64,000 bases of DNA from the NCBI GenBank assembly GCA_044229265.1, contig JBGATK010000002.1:15092-79091 (forward strand), given 5' to 3'. Position numbers and translations under genes: made by a program. Below the pieces are notes generated by a model, which was not told where the DNA came from, did not search any database, and was given only the letters and a program-made list of their open reading frames with translations. Each line of letters starts with the position of its first letter. The stretch's first letter is position 1. Shown piece after piece: positions 28,236 to 37,532 of this stretch. The DNA is from Minisyncoccia bacterium (GTDB lineage Bacteria > Patescibacteriota > Minisyncoccia > Phycocordibacterales > UBA9973).

Positions 28236-29609
28236 ATGACTCAAGATGAGGCACTCAATATTTTAAAAACTGGCGCAAATGTATTCCTTTCTGGCGAGCC
28301 GGGTGCCGGTAAGACATATACTATAAATAAATATGTAGAGTATTTGCGTTCATGTGATGTGGATTACGCTATCACAGCATCTACCGGTATAGCTGCTACT
28401 CATATAAGTGGTATGACTATTCATTCGTGGAGTGGTATAGGTATAAAAGAAATTCTGTCGCCTTACGATTTAGATAAAATAGCTACGAGTGAATATATCG
28501 TGCGTCGCATAAGAAAAACAAAAGTCTTAATTATCGACGAGATATCAATGCTTCGCGCGCAGACTCTCGATATGGTAGATGCAGTTTGCAGAGAAATAAA
28601 ACAAAATAGTGAACCTTTTGGTGGTATGCAAGTCGTATTAGTCGGCGATTTTTTTCAACTTCCGCCAATTAATAAAATAAAAAATGAAAGTCTAGAGAAT
28701 AATCAAAATAAATTGATTGAAGAAAAAGTGGGGAATTTCGCTTTCGAATCTAGAGTTTGGGAAAAGCTAAGTCCAGTCGTATGCTACATTAGTGAACAAC
28801 ACAGGCAGGAGGATAAAGAATTTTTAGAAGTACTTCTTGCTATTCGGCAGAATAATTTTGATATAAAACATCACGAATACATGCAAACTCGTTTTGTAGA
28901 AAAAAATAAATTTCCATCCAATATTACAAAACTTTACACTCATAATCTCGATGTCGACAGGGTTAATAATGATATGCTCGCAAAGATAGAAGGGGAAAGT
29001 GTAAAGTATGAAATGGAATCTTCGGGCACACCAGCATTGTCTACGAATCTAAAAAAAGGTTGCCTCTCGCCTGAAATTTTATATTTAAAAAAGGGAGCAG
29101 TAGTAATGTGCACAAAGAATAATCCTAAAGAGGGTTATGTAAATGGCACGCTCGGCACCGTGGTAGAATTTGATGCTTTTTCAAATAATCCTATTGTTAA
29201 AATTCGTTCAGGTAGAAATATCGAAATTACACCTATGGATTGGAGTATCGAAGACAATGGTAAAATCAAAGCTAAGATTACTCAGATACCACTTCGCCTC
29301 GCATGGGCTATCACTGTCCACAAGAGCCAAGGAATGTCGCTCGACTCTGCTGTTATGGATTTATCCTCTGTTTTCGAATATGGTCAAGGTTATGTAGCTC
29401 TCTCTCGTGTTCGCACTTCGGGTGGTTTGTATTTATTAGGCTTAAATGCACAAGCTCTACGAGTGCATCCAGAAATTTTAGAAAAAGATATCTTCTTTAA
29501 AGAAAATTCAAAAAAAGCGCAAGAAGTTTTTGGAGCTTTAAGTAAAGAAGAGCTTAAAAATATGCACAAGAATTTTATATTAGCTATCGGTGGAAAATCT
29601 AAAATATGA
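28236..29609 (+). CDS. Pif1-family SF1B DNA helicase
   Basis: SGEPGAGKT, TASTGIAA..I.G.TIHSW.G, IIDEISM, GDFFQLPP, QIPLRLAWAITVHKSQG, YVALSR. Confidence 0.93.
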   Translation: MTQDEALNILKTGANVFLSGEPGAGKTYTINKYVEYLRSCDVDYAITASTGIAATHISGMTIHSWSGIGIKEILSPYDLDKIATSEYIVRRIRKTKVLIIDEISMLRAQTLDMVDAVCREIKQNSEPFGGMQVVLVGDFFQLPPINKIKNESLENNQNKLIEEKVGNFAFESRVWEKLSPVVCYISEQHRQEDKEFLEVLLAIRQNNFDIKHHEYMQTRFVEKNKFPSNITKLYTHNLDVDRVNNDMLAKIEGESVKYEMESSGTPALSTNLKKGCLSPEILYLKKGAVVMCTKNNPKEGYVNGTLGTVVEFDAFSNNPIVKIRSGRNIEITPMDWSIEDNGKIKAKITQIPLRLAWAITVHKSQGMSLDSAVMDLSSVFEYGQGYVALSRVRTSGGLYLLGLNAQALRVHPEILEKDIFFKENSKKAQEVFGALSKEELKNMHKNFILAIGGKSKI

Positions 29610-29645
29610 ATATAAATAAGAAAATATGTTATAATATATGCATAT

Positions 29646-30047
29646 ATGATTAAAGGATATAAAGGAAAAATTGAAGAGCTTACTTTGGCTAATAATTCAT
29701 TTCGCAAAGTGCTCTATACTGCCGAGCATTCTCAGCTTGTGCTTATGAGCCTTTTACCACTGCAAGATATTGGTTTTGAAGTTCATACTAGTAATGATCA
29801 ATTTTTTCGTTTTGAAAGTGGAACAGGTAAAGTAATAATAAATGAAAGTGAATATGATGTGGAGAGTGGCGATGCAGTGTTGGTGCCACAAGGAGCAAAA
29901 CACAACATCATGAATACTTCAGATACTTTGCCACTCAAACTCTATACAATATACGCTCCAGCTCATCATAAAGATGGAGTGGAAAGAATAACTAAAGAAG
30001 ACGCCATAATGAGTGCTCCAGAATACGACGGAAAAAATACTGAGTAA
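29646..30047 (+). CDS. Cupin domain protein
   Basis: FRKVLYT..HSQLVLM, IG.EVH...DQFF, HN..N, LYTIYAP.HH. Confidence 0.9.
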   Translation: MIKGYKGKIEELTLANNSFRKVLYTAEHSQLVLMSLLPLQDIGFEVHTSNDQFFRFESGTGKVIINESEYDVESGDAVLVPQGAKHNIMNTSDTLPLKLYTIYAPAHHKDGVERITKEDAIMSAPEYDGKNTE

Positions 30048-30094
30048 GAAGAATAAATTTATGGAAAAATAAAAAAAATTAGTAAAATAAAAAC

Positions 30095-30544
30095 ATGAAT
30101 ACACAAACATTAAATTTCTCGATTCTTATAAATGCACCAAAAGAAAAGGTGTGGGAAAAAATGCTCTCTGATGAGAGTTACCGCAAGTGGACTAGCGTCT
30201 TTAATCCAACTTCGCATTTTGTAGGTGATTGGAGTGCTGGTTCAAAAATGCTTTTTGTAGGCTCGGATGAGAAGACTGGTAAAGAGGGGGGCATGGTGTC
30301 GCGTATTGCTGAAAATAGAATGCATGAATACATGTCTATTGAGCATTTAGGTTTATTGAACGATGGTGTAGAAGAACTCTGGAGTGAGGAAAAAAATGGT
30401 TTTGAAAATTATACTTTTTTAGATAAGGATGGTGGCACCGAGTTAAAAATAGAAATGACCAATGTACCGACAGAATGGGCCGATATGTTTACTGGCATGT
30501 GGCCAGCGAGTCTGCAAGCTCTAAAAAATATTTGTGAAAAATAA
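30095..30544 (+). CDS. SRPBCC/AHSA1-like protein
   Basis: INAPKEKVW, W...F...S...GDW, ENYTF, W...L..LK.ICE. Confidence 0.85.
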   Translation: MNTQTLNFSILINAPKEKVWEKMLSDESYRKWTSVFNPTSHFVGDWSAGSKMLFVGSDEKTGKEGGMVSRIAENRMHEYMSIEHLGLLNDGVEELWSEEKNGFENYTFLDKDGGTELKIEMTNVPTEWADMFTGMWPASLQALKNICEK

Positions 30545-30629
30545 TTTGAAAAGTGATATAATATTTGGTGTCGTTTATTAAATTAATTCTTTCCTGCTAT
30601 GCATAAAGCTACGCAGGACAAGTAAACCT

Positions 30630-31055
30630 ATGTTTGATGTAAATTTAATGGCAATATTGGTTTCTGCAGTTGTAGCTTTTATTATTGGTTTTCTTTTCCA
30701 CGGGCCACTTTTTGGCAAGCTCTGGATGAAGCTCGCAAATATCACTCCGACTGGCAATGAGAAATTTAGCGATATGTATGGGCAAATGTTTTGGAATTTT
30801 GTCGCGAATATTTTGACTGCATGTGTAATAGCAATACTTATAAATGTCGCTGGTAGTTCAGCATTCATGATAGATTATTCAGCAATGTGCGTAGGGCTCA
30901 CTGTCGCATTCTTAGGTTGGCTCGGTTTTGTTTTTACTGGTAGTTCTATGGAAGTAATTTGGATGAAGAAATCTTGGAAGCTTTGGGCATTTGAATGCGT
31001 GAGCTCTCTCGTCATGCTACTTGCCATGGGTGCTATTATCGCTTCTTGGTATTAA
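30630..31055 (+). CDS. DUF1761 family membrane protein
   Basis: VN..AIL......F.IG.....PLFGK.W; four TM helices. Confidence 0.8.
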   Translation: MFDVNLMAILVSAVVAFIIGFLFHGPLFGKLWMKLANITPTGNEKFSDMYGQMFWNFVANILTACVIAILINVAGSSAFMIDYSAMCVGLTVAFLGWLGFVFTGSSMEVIWMKKSWKLWAFECVSSLVMLLAMGAIIASWY

Positions 31056-31078
31056 AATATTTATGTTATATTACTTTT

Positions 31079-31447
31079 ATGAATAATAAATTAATTTCAA
31101 TTATTATAGGTTTAGTCCTTGTTGTAAGTATGGGCACTTTGGTTTTTTTTAATAAAAAATCATCTTATCAACCCGCAGAAAATACTACGAGTCAAACTGA
31201 TACCAAAATTGCCGGCTTTACTTTAGAGCAAATTACAGCACATAAAGATGCTAGTAGTTGCTGGACTGCTATAAATGGATCAGTATATGACCTGACTAGT
31301 TGGATACCAAAACATCCAGGCGGGTCAGAGGCTATCTTGTGGCTTTGTGGCAAAGATGGAACTGAAGCTTTCAATAAACAGCATGGTGGTAGCAATAAAA
31401 TAGCTAAAGTATTAGGTGGGTTTAAGGTTGGGTTATTAACTCAATAA
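31079..31447 (+). CDS. Cytochrome b5-like heme/steroid-binding domain protein, membrane-anchored
   Basis: H....SCW..I.G.VYDLT.W...HPGG....CG.DGT.AF..QH; ATG at 31079. Confidence 0.9.
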   Translation: MNNKLISIIIGLVLVVSMGTLVFFNKKSSYQPAENTTSQTDTKIAGFTLEQITAHKDASSCWTAINGSVYDLTSWIPKHPGGSEAILWLCGKDGTEAFNKQHGGSNKIAKVLGGFKVGLLTQ

Positions 31448-31452
31448 ATTTT

Positions 31453-31836
31453 ATGAATATCACAAGACAAGAATTCGGTTTGCATTTACTTAGGCTCAGT
31501 TTAGCTGGTGTATTTTTGTATTTTGGTTTTTCACAACTTTTCGATAGCTTAAGTTGGGTAAATGTAGTTCCAGATTGGGCTGTGAATTTGATCAGCTTGC
31601 CTCCAGCATTGATAGTTATGGCAAATGGTGTAATGGAAATAATTTTAGGTAGTTTACTTGCGATGGGATTTTTTGTAAGAATTATTTCCCTTATTTTAGG
31701 ACTCCATCTTATACCCATAGCACTTTCTTTTGGACTTTCACCGACAGCTGTTCGTGACTTAGGTTTAGCTCTTTCTGTATTTGCTTTGTCTTTAATGTAT
31801 ACAAAACAAAATACAAATCTAGAGATAAATAGTTAA
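31453..31836 (+). CDS. DoxX family membrane protein
   Basis: LLRLSLA.VF..FG, E..LG.LL..G...R, VRD.GL. Confidence 0.8.
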   Translation: MNITRQEFGLHLLRLSLAGVFLYFGFSQLFDSLSWVNVVPDWAVNLISLPPALIVMANGVMEIILGSLLAMGFFVRIISLILGLHLIPIALSFGLSPTAVRDLGLALSVFALSLMYTKQNTNLEINS

Positions 31837-31852
31837 TCTAATTAAATAAGAG

Positions 31853-31895
31853 AATACAAAATTGTGCGAGGTCTTGCCTCGCACAATTTTGTATT
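31853..31895. repeat. REP-like hairpin with TCTTG loop
   Basis: AATACAAAATTGTGCGAGG-TCTTG-CCTCGCACAATTTTGTATT; core identical to the 9747 copy. Confidence 0.8.
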
Positions 31896-31965
31896 TTAGA
31901 GAAAGTATTGTAATATAAAAACGATAAAAAAAATCGTTCATTTGTAAAATATAAATTTGTTTGTT

Positions 31966-32640
31966 ATGGAAGAAGTAAAGGATTATGGTAATGCTTGGCC
32001 GAAGTTTTTGAATTTTCATGATTCGATAACTGGCCGAGGTATGTATTTCCGTGTTATTGGAAGAGAAGAAATTCATCGTGATTTTCAAAAATACGATTTA
32101 CGTGCTCCACGAAAATTAACCGGTAGGGAAACAGGATATATTTTTACTGCTCCAAATGGTTATAGTGTAAAAGTCTGGACCACTATTCTCGTAGATCAAA
32201 AACGTCCGCGAGATAAAGGAGAAGATGTCGGCTGGGTAATTATAGTAGATGCACAAAATAATTTAATTTACTCTGCTAGATATTTTAATAGGCCGAAAAA
32301 TGATGATTATACAAAATTCTTTGTGAATTTACTATCTTATGCTTGGATTTCTCGAGAGAAAATTTTATGTCCACCATTTTGTACTCAAGGACATGAAAAT
32401 CCAGTCGAAGCAAAGATAGAAAGAAAAAACGGTAGCAGACAAATGCGTTATGTGTGTCGTGATAAAAAGGCACACCCAATACCAGTATTTTTTTCTTGGG
32501 ACGAACCTATAAAAGACATGCCGATAGCCTTAGCTTTTGTTAAAATAAGGCGTAAAAAAACAGCCCAAAGAAAAAAACAAAATAAGAAAAAAGGAATAGA
32601 CCCAGTTCCTAAAGCAAAAACTCGCCGAACTTGGCGATAA
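31966..32640 (+). CDS. Hypothetical protein with possible Cys/His metal site and very basic C-terminus
   Basis: Long ORF; C..C..H and C....H; K/R-rich tail; start uncertain. Confidence 0.6.
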   Translation: MEEVKDYGNAWPKFLNFHDSITGRGMYFRVIGREEIHRDFQKYDLRAPRKLTGRETGYIFTAPNGYSVKVWTTILVDQKRPRDKGEDVGWVIIVDAQNNLIYSARYFNRPKNDDYTKFFVNLLSYAWISREKILCPPFCTQGHENPVEAKIERKNGSRQMRYVCRDKKAHPIPVFFSWDEPIKDMPIALAFVKIRRKKTAQRKKQNKKKGIDPVPKAKTRRTWR

Positions 32641-32709
32641 AAATATGCCTCTTCATCAGAGGTTGGTTGAATCTCAAAGCAGTTAAACTTAATTTGCTTT
32701 GAGGTTTTT

Positions 32710-33579
32710 TTATTGGCTAAAAGGAAGTTCTACAAAGAATGTAGTACCCTTGTCGCGCCCCTTTGATTTCGCATAAATATTGCCTTTATGACGCAGAATT
32801 ATCTTTTCAGATAGATATAATTTTAAACCCATACCATCAGGATTCATGAGAGTGGATTTTTTTCCACGGAAGAATTTTGCAAAAATTTTATTTCTCTCAA
32901 ACCAAGAAAGTCCTATACCAGTATCAGCCACAAATATTGTAATATTTTTTTTGCCAAGTGTTGCATCTATCAAAACTTTACCATTTGCTGGTGTATACAT
33001 AACAGCATTTTCTACCAGTGTTTCAATAACAAAAGTTATTTTTTTAAGATCCATAGTGAGTAGTGGTATGTCTTTAAAACTAGATATTTGGAAATCTAAA
33101 CTCTTTTTATTTATGGCTTCACGATATTTACTCATAACATTTTCTACAATACTGCGTACACTGGTTGCTTTGAAATCATAACTTTTTGTATCTTTTATGT
33201 CTTTGATGCCAGCAATCATATCCACCAAGTCCAATACTTTTGACACGGCATTATTTATTTTTTGTAGGTACGTCAAGCGTTCGTTTTGAGGAATATCTTT
33301 TTCCATTTCTTTAGTAAACCAAAGTACACTAGTAAGTGGCGTGCGAAAAGTATGATTCACAATAGAAGTAAATTCGTATTCAGTTCTATGTACTTTCATT
33401 TGCAGGGCTGTATACCTTGCTATAAGTAATACAACTCCGAGGAATGTAATCATAGGAATAAATAATTTAGGTAAATTAAGAAGATAGGTGATTTTTATAT
33501 TGTATAGTGCTAAGTAAAAAATCCCGAAAACATACAATACCCAAAATGTGATTTTAACTATTTGCCAAATTTTTTTCAT
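32710..33579 (-). CDS. Membrane-bound sensor histidine kinase (HisKA + HATPase), no adjacent response regulator
   Basis: H box NHTFRTPLT, N box ENAV.Y, G1 DTGIG, F box, G2 GMGLKL, GTTF. Confidence 0.9.
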   Translation of the reverse strand: MKKIWQIVKITFWVLYVFGIFYLALYNIKITYLLNLPKLFIPMITFLGVVLLIARYTALQMKVHRTEYEFTSIVNHTFRTPLTSVLWFTKEMEKDIPQNERLTYLQKINNAVSKVLDLVDMIAGIKDIKDTKSYDFKATSVRSIVENVMSKYREAINKKSLDFQISSFKDIPLLTMDLKKITFVIETLVENAVMYTPANGKVLIDATLGKKNITIFVADTGIGLSWFERNKIFAKFFRGKKSTLMNPDGMGLKLYLSEKIILRHKGNIYAKSKGRDKGTTFFVELPFSQ

Positions 33580-33647
33580 GGCTATAGTATAACATTTTCA
33601 TTACTTTTGTTGCTAGTATTTTCACTTATTTCTGTTATAATAAAAAT

Positions 33648-34478
33648 ATGAAAAAATTTATCCAGAATTTTAAAGATAGTTTACTTAATAAAGAATTTTA
33701 TCAAAATTTAATCAAACACGAAGAATCCACAGGATTTTCTTATTTATTTAAATTGGCTATTTTGTCTGCTTTTGTTCTGTGTATATACATGATTTGTTTC
33801 GTGTATTTTTTTAATCTTGATAATAAAATTAGAAATCAAATCACACAGATTTTACCGCCTGACTTGGTGCTCACTATAGATAAAAATGGTGAATTGTCTG
33901 TAAATAAACCAGTTCCTTATGTAATACCAACCCCAGATTTTTTAATCGATGAAAATAATAAAGAGAAAGAAAGAAAGAATTTCATAACTATTTACCCAGA
34001 AAAAGATCCTAATAGTGTAGAATTCAAAACATATGACACTATGATATTTGTATCCAAAGATCGTTTTTTTGTGGAAAGAGATATCAATGGAGAAATTCGC
34101 AGTTATCCTTTAAAAGATTGGAGTGGGGTTACTATCTCTAGAGCTGAGGTTTTATCTGTTTTCGATACTCTTTATAACAGAGGTTGGATTATAATCTTGC
34201 TCGGCATGATTCCTTTTACTATAGTATACATGTTTATATCTTTCTTTATTTCTGTAATTTCTGGTTTTATTTTGTTTTTATTATTCAGAAAATCTTTGAC
34301 TTACAAAAAAGCTTTATTAGTAGCAATACATGCATTTACTATTTCTTTTGTATTTAATATATTGATTAGCATTTTAAAACCAGCTCAAAGTTTCTTTTGG
34401 TGGCAAGTTCTAATTACTGTGATTGCAGGGTATTATTTTATCGGTAATAAACATAGTGGCGATGTAGTTCAAAGTTAA
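33648..34478 (+). CDS. DUF1189-like membrane protein
   Basis: N-terminal TM, extracellular loop, 3-4 C-terminal TM helices. Confidence 0.6.
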   Translation: MKKFIQNFKDSLLNKEFYQNLIKHEESTGFSYLFKLAILSAFVLCIYMICFVYFFNLDNKIRNQITQILPPDLVLTIDKNGELSVNKPVPYVIPTPDFLIDENNKEKERKNFITIYPEKDPNSVEFKTYDTMIFVSKDRFFVERDINGEIRSYPLKDWSGVTISRAEVLSVFDTLYNRGWIIILLGMIPFTIVYMFISFFISVISGFILFLLFRKSLTYKKALLVAIHAFTISFVFNILISILKPAQSFFWWQVLITVIAGYYFIGNKHSGDVVQS

Positions 34479-34560
34479 GGGTATTGTAAATATCAATACA
34501 AGTGTTGTATAATACAAATATTAATCCTAAACGACTTCGGTCGTAAAATAAAATAAAATT

Positions 34561-34752
34561 ATGGCAGATTTAAAAGCTTTGTGTATGAAATGTAGAGACG
34601 GCGCAAATAAGCCGACAATGCAAACTATGACTAAACCTGTAGTTACTAAAAATGATAAAGGTAGATATTCAGCAAAAGGTATTTGTGAAAAGTGTGGAGG
34701 AAATATGTTCAAATTCCTATCTCAAGCAGATGCAGAAGCGATGATGAAATAA
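34561..34752 (+). CDS. Small zinc-binding protein (DUF5679-like)
   Basis: CMKCR...M......GR....G.CEKCG..MFK; bidirectional terminator 34764-34799. Confidence 0.75.
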   Translation: MADLKALCMKCRDGANKPTMQTMTKPVVTKNDKGRYSAKGICEKCGGNMFKFLSQADAEAMMK

Positions 34753-34804
34753 GAATTATTAATAAAAAAACTCTCAACCTTTAGGTTGAGAGTTTTTTTA
34801 TATG

Positions 34805-35566
34805 TTACAACATATCTAAACTTTTCAAAAATGTATTTAACTCTGCTCCTTCGATGCTTCTCCATTTACCGGCACCTAATTTTCCGAGTTCTATATTCAT
34901 AATCCTTACTCGTTTTAAATCTTTTACTTCTTGGAATACAGCACTGCACATACGCCTGATCTGATGTTTTTTGCCTTCAGTTAAAATTATTTTAAATAAA
35001 GTTTCGTTTAAAATTTGTATTTTGCAAGGTTTTATTTTTTCTCCTTCTATAGTAGTTAGTGATTCTATGTTGTTTTTGAAACTAGTTCGAAGGCGATTTG
35101 CTGTTTTTACTACGTATTCTTTTTCGTGCATGAATTCTGGGCCTAAGAGTCTCTCTGTAATGCGCCCATCATTAGTGAGGATAATTAATCCATGTGAATC
35201 TTTGTCGAGCCTGCCGATAGGAAATACACCCTGTAATTCTTTACTTTTAGGAAGTTCATCCTCGATATCTTTGTCTTTATTTTGCGCTGAGTGTGTAACT
35301 ATGCCGATAGGTTTATTGTAAGCAAAGTACAAATATGGCTTTACCTTGCCACGAAACCTCACCTCTACATTGTCGCTCTCTTGAACCTTGTCGCCAAGTA
35401 CCGCCTTTCTGCCATTTAGAAAAACCTTGCCTTCATTAATGAGCTCATCTGCTCCGCGCCTCGTAGAGTGCTTTTTCCATGCCAAGTATTTATTTATCCG
35501 TACACCTACTTTGGTATCGCTTTTTTGGTTCTGCTGTACGTGTGTCTTATTATTGTCTTTTTTCAT
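34805..35566 (-). CDS. RsuA/RluB/RluF-family rRNA pseudouridine synthase with S4 domain
   Basis: RINKYLA...RR.AD.LI..G.V, NKP.G, IGRLDKDS.GL, EKEY, EGKKHQIRRM; start placed at MKKDNN. Confidence 0.92.
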   Translation of the reverse strand: MKKDNNKTHVQQNQKSDTKVGVRINKYLAWKKHSTRRGADELINEGKVFLNGRKAVLGDKVQESDNVEVRFRGKVKPYLYFAYNKPIGIVTHSAQNKDKDIEDELPKSKELQGVFPIGRLDKDSHGLIILTNDGRITERLLGPEFMHEKEYVVKTANRLRTSFKNNIESLTTIEGEKIKPCKIQILNETLFKIILTEGKKHQIRRMCSAVFQEVKDLKRVRIMNIELGKLGAGKWRSIEGAELNTFLKSLDML

Positions 35567-35677
35567 ATAGTAAATTTGTTTTATAATAATTATTAGAAAA
35601 GCAGAATAATACCAAAGTAGGTGTTTGGATTGATCCGCATTGGATACGTTATTTTTTCTTCTTTCATTTATGCAGTA

Positions 35678-35720
35678 TACCCCAACACTTAAAATATTCA
35701 TAATTTTAAGTGTGTGGGTA
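35678..35720. repeat. CCCA.ACACTT...AAGTGT.TGGG palindrome family copy
   Basis: Related arms at 39394-39462 and 53231-53260. Confidence 0.65.
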
Positions 35721-35757
35721 TAGCATTAATCTCTTTATTTTGTTATGCTCATTAAAT

Positions 35758-37251
35758 ATGGCAAAAGAGGAAACGGTCCTGCGATTTGAGAGAGTCAATT
35801 TTGAATATGGCCACAATAAACCCATCTTGGATGAGGTTTCTTTTTCTGTGCGAAAGGGAAGCAAGATAACTATCATGGGGCAAAATGGTGCGGGCAAGAG
35901 TACTATCTTTGGACTTATCACTCGCGCACTTAATCCAGAAGATGGCAATGTAATCATAGGTAATAAATATAGCATCGCAATTTCCAAGCAAGTAATACCT
36001 AGAGAAGATATGGAGCTAACAGTTAGAGATTTTTTCCATAAATGTTTAGTGGGTGATGATAAAAATAAAAAAATTTACGACATTGATCCTCGCATTGATG
36101 ATGTGCTCGAAGTTGTGAATTTGAGGGGCCATACAAAAGTACACGATAGAATAATCAAAACATTTTCTGGTGGTCAGCAAGCGCGCATTTTACTAGCCTC
36201 AGCACTGATCCAAGATCCAGACATTTTACTTCTCGATGAGCCTACTAACAACTTAGACTCTGCTGGTATTGCGCACCTGACAGACTTTCTTAAAAATTAT
36301 AATAAAACTGTATTAGTGATTTCCCACGATGCGGATTTCTTAAATGCTTTTACAGATGGAGTTTTGTATTTAGATATTCATACTCTCAAAGTTGAGCAAT
36401 ATGTAGGTAATTATAAAAATGTATTAAAAGATATCACTGCTCGAGTAGAAAGGGAGAATATGAAAAATGCTCAACTTGCAAAAGAAATTCAAGCCAAGAA
36501 AGATCAAGCAAATGTTTTTGCTCATAAGGGCGGAGGTCTTCGTTTGGTGGCGCGTCGCATGCGTGAGAAAGCAGAAGAATTGGAAGATGAGATGGTGGAT
36601 GTGCGCAAAGAAGATAAAACCATTCGTCCATTTATTATTCCACATCAGGAAGATCTACAAGGAGAAATTATTTCCATAGAATCTTTTACTACACTAAATA
36701 ATAAAACTGGCAAAGAAGTAAAACACAAAATAAGTATAAAGCTCAAGAAAAATCAACACTTATTTTTGCAAGGACCAAATGGTATCGGTAAGAGTACCTT
36801 ACTAGAGAGGCTCGCAAGTGGAAAGGCAGAAGGTGCGAAAATTCAGGAAGGCGTGCGAGTTGGATACTACAGGCAAGATTTTTCTACACTAAATTTTAAC
36901 GACACAGTAAAAGAATCTTTATCGAAAGTTCTTCTTGAAGTAACTGGTAAAATAGATGAAGAATATATGCGTTCTGTAGCTGCGAATTTTCTTATCACAA
37001 GTGATATCATAAATACAAAAATTGGCGCTCTCTCTGAAGGGCAAAAAGGCCTAGTGGCTTTTGCTAGGCTTGTGCTCGAGCGACCTGGACTACTCATACT
37101 CGATGAACCAACAAATCATATAAATTTTAGACACTTACCTATAATCGCAGACGCTATAGATAAATACAAAGGCGCTTTGATCTTAGTGTCTCACGTAAAA
37201 GAATTTGTAGAAAAAATTCGTATAGACGAGACTCTCGATTTGGATCAATAA
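35758..37251 (+). CDS. ABC-F family ribosome-associated ATPase
   Basis: Two ABC domains (GQNGAGKS/FSGGQ/LLDEPTN; GPNGIGKS/LSEGQ/ILDEPTN) with helical linker, no TM. Confidence 0.92.
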   Translation: MAKEETVLRFERVNFEYGHNKPILDEVSFSVRKGSKITIMGQNGAGKSTIFGLITRALNPEDGNVIIGNKYSIAISKQVIPREDMELTVRDFFHKCLVGDDKNKKIYDIDPRIDDVLEVVNLRGHTKVHDRIIKTFSGGQQARILLASALIQDPDILLLDEPTNNLDSAGIAHLTDFLKNYNKTVLVISHDADFLNAFTDGVLYLDIHTLKVEQYVGNYKNVLKDITARVERENMKNAQLAKEIQAKKDQANVFAHKGGGLRLVARRMREKAEELEDEMVDVRKEDKTIRPFIIPHQEDLQGEIISIESFTTLNNKTGKEVKHKISIKLKKNQHLFLQGPNGIGKSTLLERLASGKAEGAKIQEGVRVGYYRQDFSTLNFNDTVKESLSKVLLEVTGKIDEEYMRSVAANFLITSDIINTKIGALSEGQKGLVAFARLVLERPGLLILDEPTNHINFRHLPIIADAIDKYKGALILVSHVKEFVEKIRIDETLDLDQ

Positions 37252-37335
37252 TGATATATCATATCTATTTATTGATATATGTGTTATACTATATATATAG
37301 TCGCTTTAAATATGTTTTCTAAAATCTAAAATTAT

Positions 37336-37455
37336 ATGGATACACAAGAAATAAAAGTAGAAGGTACAGAAGTTGCTGAGCAAATGCCTGCAGAAGAAAC
37401 TACTCCTGAAATGCCAGCTGAAGAAGTTGCACCAGAAGAAGCTCCTGCGCAATAA
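37336..37455 (+). CDS. Unannotated 39-aa acidic Glu/Pro/Ala-rich peptide
   Basis: MDTQEIKVEGTEVAEQMPAEETTPEMPAEEVAPEEAPAQ; upstream TG-n-TATACT, terminator 37468-37503. Confidence 0.65.
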   Translation: MDTQEIKVEGTEVAEQMPAEETTPEMPAEEVAPEEAPAQ

Positions 37456-37532
37456 TAAATTGCTTTAATAAAAAAAGACCTAATTTTCTAGGTCTTTTTT
37501 TATTTTATGAATTATGTTATAATTAACGTATT

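Noticed and set aside
14700-33600. Classical integron
   Set aside because: No tyrosine integrase and no convincing RYYYAAC/GTTRRRY attC pairs between genes.
35567-35757. Long N-terminal extensions of the pseudouridine synthase and ABC-F ORFs
   Set aside because: They would leave no room for divergent promoters and cross a palindromic repeat; internal ATGs fit better.
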